NCBI GenBank assembly: GCA_964016885.1
Contig: OZ024740.1
Location: 135,160,001-135,224,000, forward strand
Origin: Eledone cirrhosa
Lineage: Eukaryota
Direction: 5' to 3'
Length of the DNA stretch: 64,000 nucleotides
Made by a program: the position numbers and the translations under genes
The notes under the pieces: model-generated
Told to the model about the DNA's origin: nothing
The model's database searches: none
The model's input: the letters and a program-made list of their open reading frames with translations, nothing else
Shown: positions 60,497-64,000 of the stretch, piece by piece
Layout of the letters: the number at the start of each line of letters is the position of its first letter
Position numbering within the stretch: the stretch's first letter is position 1

Positions 60497-60728
60497 TTAA
60501 CCCTTTAGCATTTACACTAACCCATGCTAGCGTGGAAGATGGACGTTAAATGAAGATGATGATGAGATAATGATTACTCTGTATTATAATACTATTGTAT
60601 TTTCACAGTAATGGCTTAATCTCACATAATATTGAATCTATGAGATTTAGATACTATTCATTTTGAGAACAATACCTTAACATCAGTATTAGCAACCGGA
60701 TATGGCCAGTTTAAATGCTAAAGAGTTA
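60497..60728. mobile_element. piggyBac-type MITE with nested SINE/RTE tail (60517-60565)
   Basis: TTAACCCTTTAGCATTTA...TAAATGCTAAAGAGTTA termini; the interior matches 57030-57220. Confidence 0.6.
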
Positions 60729-60880
60729 CCTTGCAGTAGTTTTTTTAGTTTCGTCCATCTAAATTCTGTGTTCAAATCCTGCTGAGGTTGATTCAATCGA
60801 CCATGTCTACTTCTTCCCTTAAAATACATGTGACTATGTGCCAAAGTGAGAAATCCATATCACCCCCATCAATACCACCC

Positions 60881-61140
60881 CATCATCACCACCCCATCAT
60901 CACCACCACCATCATCACCACCATCATCACCACCACCATCATCACCACCACCATCATCATCACCACCATCATCGCATCCACCATAACCACCATCATCACC
61001 ACCATCATCACCATCATTACTATCACCATCATCACCACCACCATCATCACCACCATCATCACCACCATCATCACCACCACCATCATCATTACCACCATCA
61101 TCACCATCATCACCATCATCACCACTATCATCATCATCAT
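60881..61140. repeat. (CAT/CAC)n trinucleotide repeat
   Basis: Direct inspection. Confidence 0.95.
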
Positions 61141-61377
61141 TATATTGATGTTTTGAGAAGTATTCATCTCACAAGGGTCAATGGCTGGGTGGTTAACATA
61201 ACTCCCTGTTAATTAGTCCTTGCCCTTCCCTCTGCATCAGAAGTTCAAATCCATTACAGGTAATGCATTGTATTCTTGAGGGAAATACTTCCTTCTACTT
61301 GCCAAATGTGTTCATGCCTAATTAAGAAATCCTTATGAATGTATCATCACTATCATAATCTACCACTGTAAATAGTA

Positions 61378-61722
61378 ATCATCATCATCATCATTTTCAT
61401 TTTACGTCCGCTTTTCCCTGCTTGCAAGGGTGGGACGGGAACTGATTCTGGCTTGATTTCTACAGCTGGATTCCCTTCCTAACACCAACCTCATTTACAG
61501 TGAGTGCTGGGTGCTTTTTTGCCATAGCACCTCCACAACCACTTTGCAGTGGAATGATAGGGACCCCAGTCCCTATCATCTCATTTCTACAGGTGAGTAA
61601 ACTGGAGCAATGTGAAATAAAGTGTCTTGCTCAAGGAAACAACACATCACTCGGCCTGAGAATTGAATTCATAACCTTTCGATTGCAAGGCCAATGCTCT
61701 AACCACTAAGCCATGTGCCTCC
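61378..61722 (-). mobile_element. SINE with tRNA-like head and RTE-type tail
   Basis: Minus strand: TGGCTTAGTGGTTAG head and GCGGACGTAAAATG...GATGATG tail matching the 24588 RTE end. Confidence 0.65.
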
Positions 61723-61759
<37 letters not shown>

Positions 61760-61761
<2 letters not shown>

Positions 61762-62140
61762 GTTTCATTTATTGGCCACAAGGACCGACATATAGGGGAC
61801 AATACAAAAGACTGGGAAAGTGGGGCTTTACATATACAACGTGTAAACATATAAATAACAATAAAAATACAAGGAAAATTCCCCAATAGGGGGGGATAAC
61901 CACCCAGGGTTCACTCAGGTACCCCATCAATCCTGAACCACCCAACGCTTCGTGAGCACCCGGGAAGGGCACCCCTCTCCTCCTCAAATTCCCCCACCTA
62001 CAGGTGCATGATCAGAGTAGGCCCACTCACATGGACCATTCTTACCACATTCACCCACCTTTCAGCAAATGTACTGGGGACAGCACTTCTCTCTCCACCC
62101 TCACCCTCCTTTCCAAGTGAAACTTGAAAAAATTGATGAT
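61760..62140 (-). mobile_element. Probable L1/Tx1-type LINE 3' fragment
   Basis: Minus strand has INFFKFHLERRVRVEREVLS, then AATAAA and a (TTA)n tail. Family assignment is tentative. Confidence 0.4.
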
Positions 62141-62149
62141 AATAATAAT

Positions 62150-62462
62150 AATTGTTTCTATTTTTGGCACAAGGCCAGCAATTACCCAGTATGTTACTGG
62201 TACTTTATTTTATCGACCCCGTAAGAATGAAAGGCAAAATTATCCTCGGCGGGATTTGAACTCAGAATGGCAAGGGCCATAACTCTATACGTCAAAGCAT
62301 GGCATCCGACCCTCTACTGATACTGCCAAATAATAATTGTTTCTACTTTAGGCACAAGGTCAGCAATTACCCAGTGCATTACTGGTACTTTATTTTATCG
62401 ACCCCGTAAGGATGAAAGGCAAAGTCAACCTCGGCGGGATTTGAACTCAGATACTGCCAAAT
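62150..62462 (-). mobile_element. Two tandem tRNA-derived SINE copies
   Basis: Reverse complement of 47502-47668, present twice. Confidence 0.75.
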
Positions 62463-62659
62463 AATAATACCAGTTAAATAACATCAATGACTGAGCCTCC
62501 AAGAATCATCATCATCATTATGATCCTTATTGATACACAATTATATGTTGAACACCTGGTTCCTGGCCCATATGTGTCTATCTTGTCATAGGCATTATAT
62601 TGGTGTCAACACAAAATACTTGACTGTACATATTTAAGGTTTCTTTTCTTCCCTTCTTC

Positions 62660-63380
62660 TTTGCCTACTTATTCCTGAAAGGGTCATGGGGGCACAGTCC
62701 TCAAACACTGACAGGCGGGTTCTGTCAGAAACAACTGTTTCCAACTGATCCGGCTGGATCCCCAAGCGAGACCAGCCAAGCTCATGGATGTTATCCAACC
62801 ATCTTGTTCAGGATCTGGGTCTCCTGCCAGTTGGTTTTGCCTATAAAATCTGTCCTGCGATTCTTTCTTCAGACATTCTAGCCACACGTCCATAGTATTG
62901 GAGTTGTGATCTCTCAATTCGGAGAAGTAGCGGCTCTACCTGGAGCGATTCTCTGATCTCTAAGCAACACACTCTATCGAGTAACATTACTTCATTGACC
63001 CTTCGGCAGGATCCCATTTCGGCCACTTGTATTTGTGATCATATTATTTTGGTCATTACCCATGATTTATGACCATAGGTAAGGGTTTGTATGAATACCA
63101 AATTGAAGATAGTGAGTTTGGCTTTTACACCTATCTCTCTTCTGATTATCGAATGCTGAAGCTGGCATATTGCTGCACCAGCTCCTTCAATTCTTGCACG
63201 TAATTCAGCCTCCTGCCTTCCATCCCTTCGAGATACTTGAACTTCTCCACCTGCTTCAGTGGAACTCCATTCATATGTAGAGTGCTCTGTACAGGCTTCC
63301 TTGAGAGGACCAGTGTCTCAGTTTTCGCAGCACTCAACATCAAACCTATCACATTCAAGTCGGAGATCACCTTCATCATT
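62660..63380 (-). pseudogene. Decayed RTE (Expander/Rex3-like) LINE 3' fragment
   Basis: KTETLVLSR..LKQVEKFKYL and EIRESLQVEPLLLRIERSQLQYYG across broken frames. Confidence 0.7.
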
Positions 63381-64000
63381 GTTTAAGATATCCTCATCAC
63401 CACTTATCATCATCACCCCTATCATCAACATTAATGATATTTAAATTTTAAAAACAAAACAAAACATGATAAATTCTTAGTACTCCTTTCTTTATTAACT
63501 GAATATTAAAAATCAAATTTAAATAATAGTAATAATAATAATGATAATAATTCATATGAATGTCAATATACGAGTAATTAATTTTAGCAAATTATTTTTT
63601 TCTGTCATGTTAACTAAACATTCAGTTTGTTTTTAAAATATTTGTAAAATATTTGTATAACTTATACTATTATAATTTCTTTATTAATTTAATAATAATT
63701 ATAATTGTTTCTACTTTTGGCACACGGCCACCAATTACCCAGTGCATTACTGGTACTTTATTTTATCGACCCCAGTAGCAAGAAATAGCTGCTGGTGTGA
63801 TCTATTTTAATTTTTTATTTATTTGTTGTGGGTATGTGTGTATTTTAAAAATTTAAATTTAAAAAATATTTTATTAGTATTACTGTTTGCTGTCAAAACA
63901 ACAAAAAATGAAGAATATTTCTAAAATCTAAATTCAAATGATCCTTCAACTCTCCTGATATCTTTATTCCTTTCTTTTTCTTTTCCTTTCTTTTCTTTTT

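Noticed and set aside
60788-61167. Ile/Thr-rich and Met/Val-rich ORFs
   Set aside because: They are translations of the CAT/CAC trinucleotide repeat.

Overview
Eukaryotic, extremely AT-rich, repeat-dominated DNA with no supportable host gene. The SINE/LINE tails and microsatellite load look cephalopod (Octopus-like), which is my inference. Bases 1-42.6 kb are a huge (TA)nTG microsatellite field, the source of all YIYI-type ORFs, studded with retroelement insertions: a near-full-length RTE LINE with a PHD finger inside its RT, truncated RTE and CR1-type LINEs, and a ~580-bp SINE-like family. There is a 200-N gap at 26292-26491. Bases 42.6-64 kb hold SINEs, piggyBac-type MITEs, decayed Gypsy, CR1 and RTE pieces, and a frameshifted Penelope-like (RT + GIY-YIG) element. 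The best find is a near-identical 467-bp tandem array (13799-17288) that flips orientation at ~15886. Every complete monomer carries an intact minimal type I hammerhead ribozyme in a long extended stem, which is the architecture of a non-LTR retrozyme (circular-RNA retroelement). Further hammerhead remnants, a second ~572-bp tandem/inverted family with a covarying hairpin, and an unusually high rate of inverted insertions point to a Penelope-driven, TA-microsatellite-associated retroelement ecosystem. All coordinates and alignments were read by eye.
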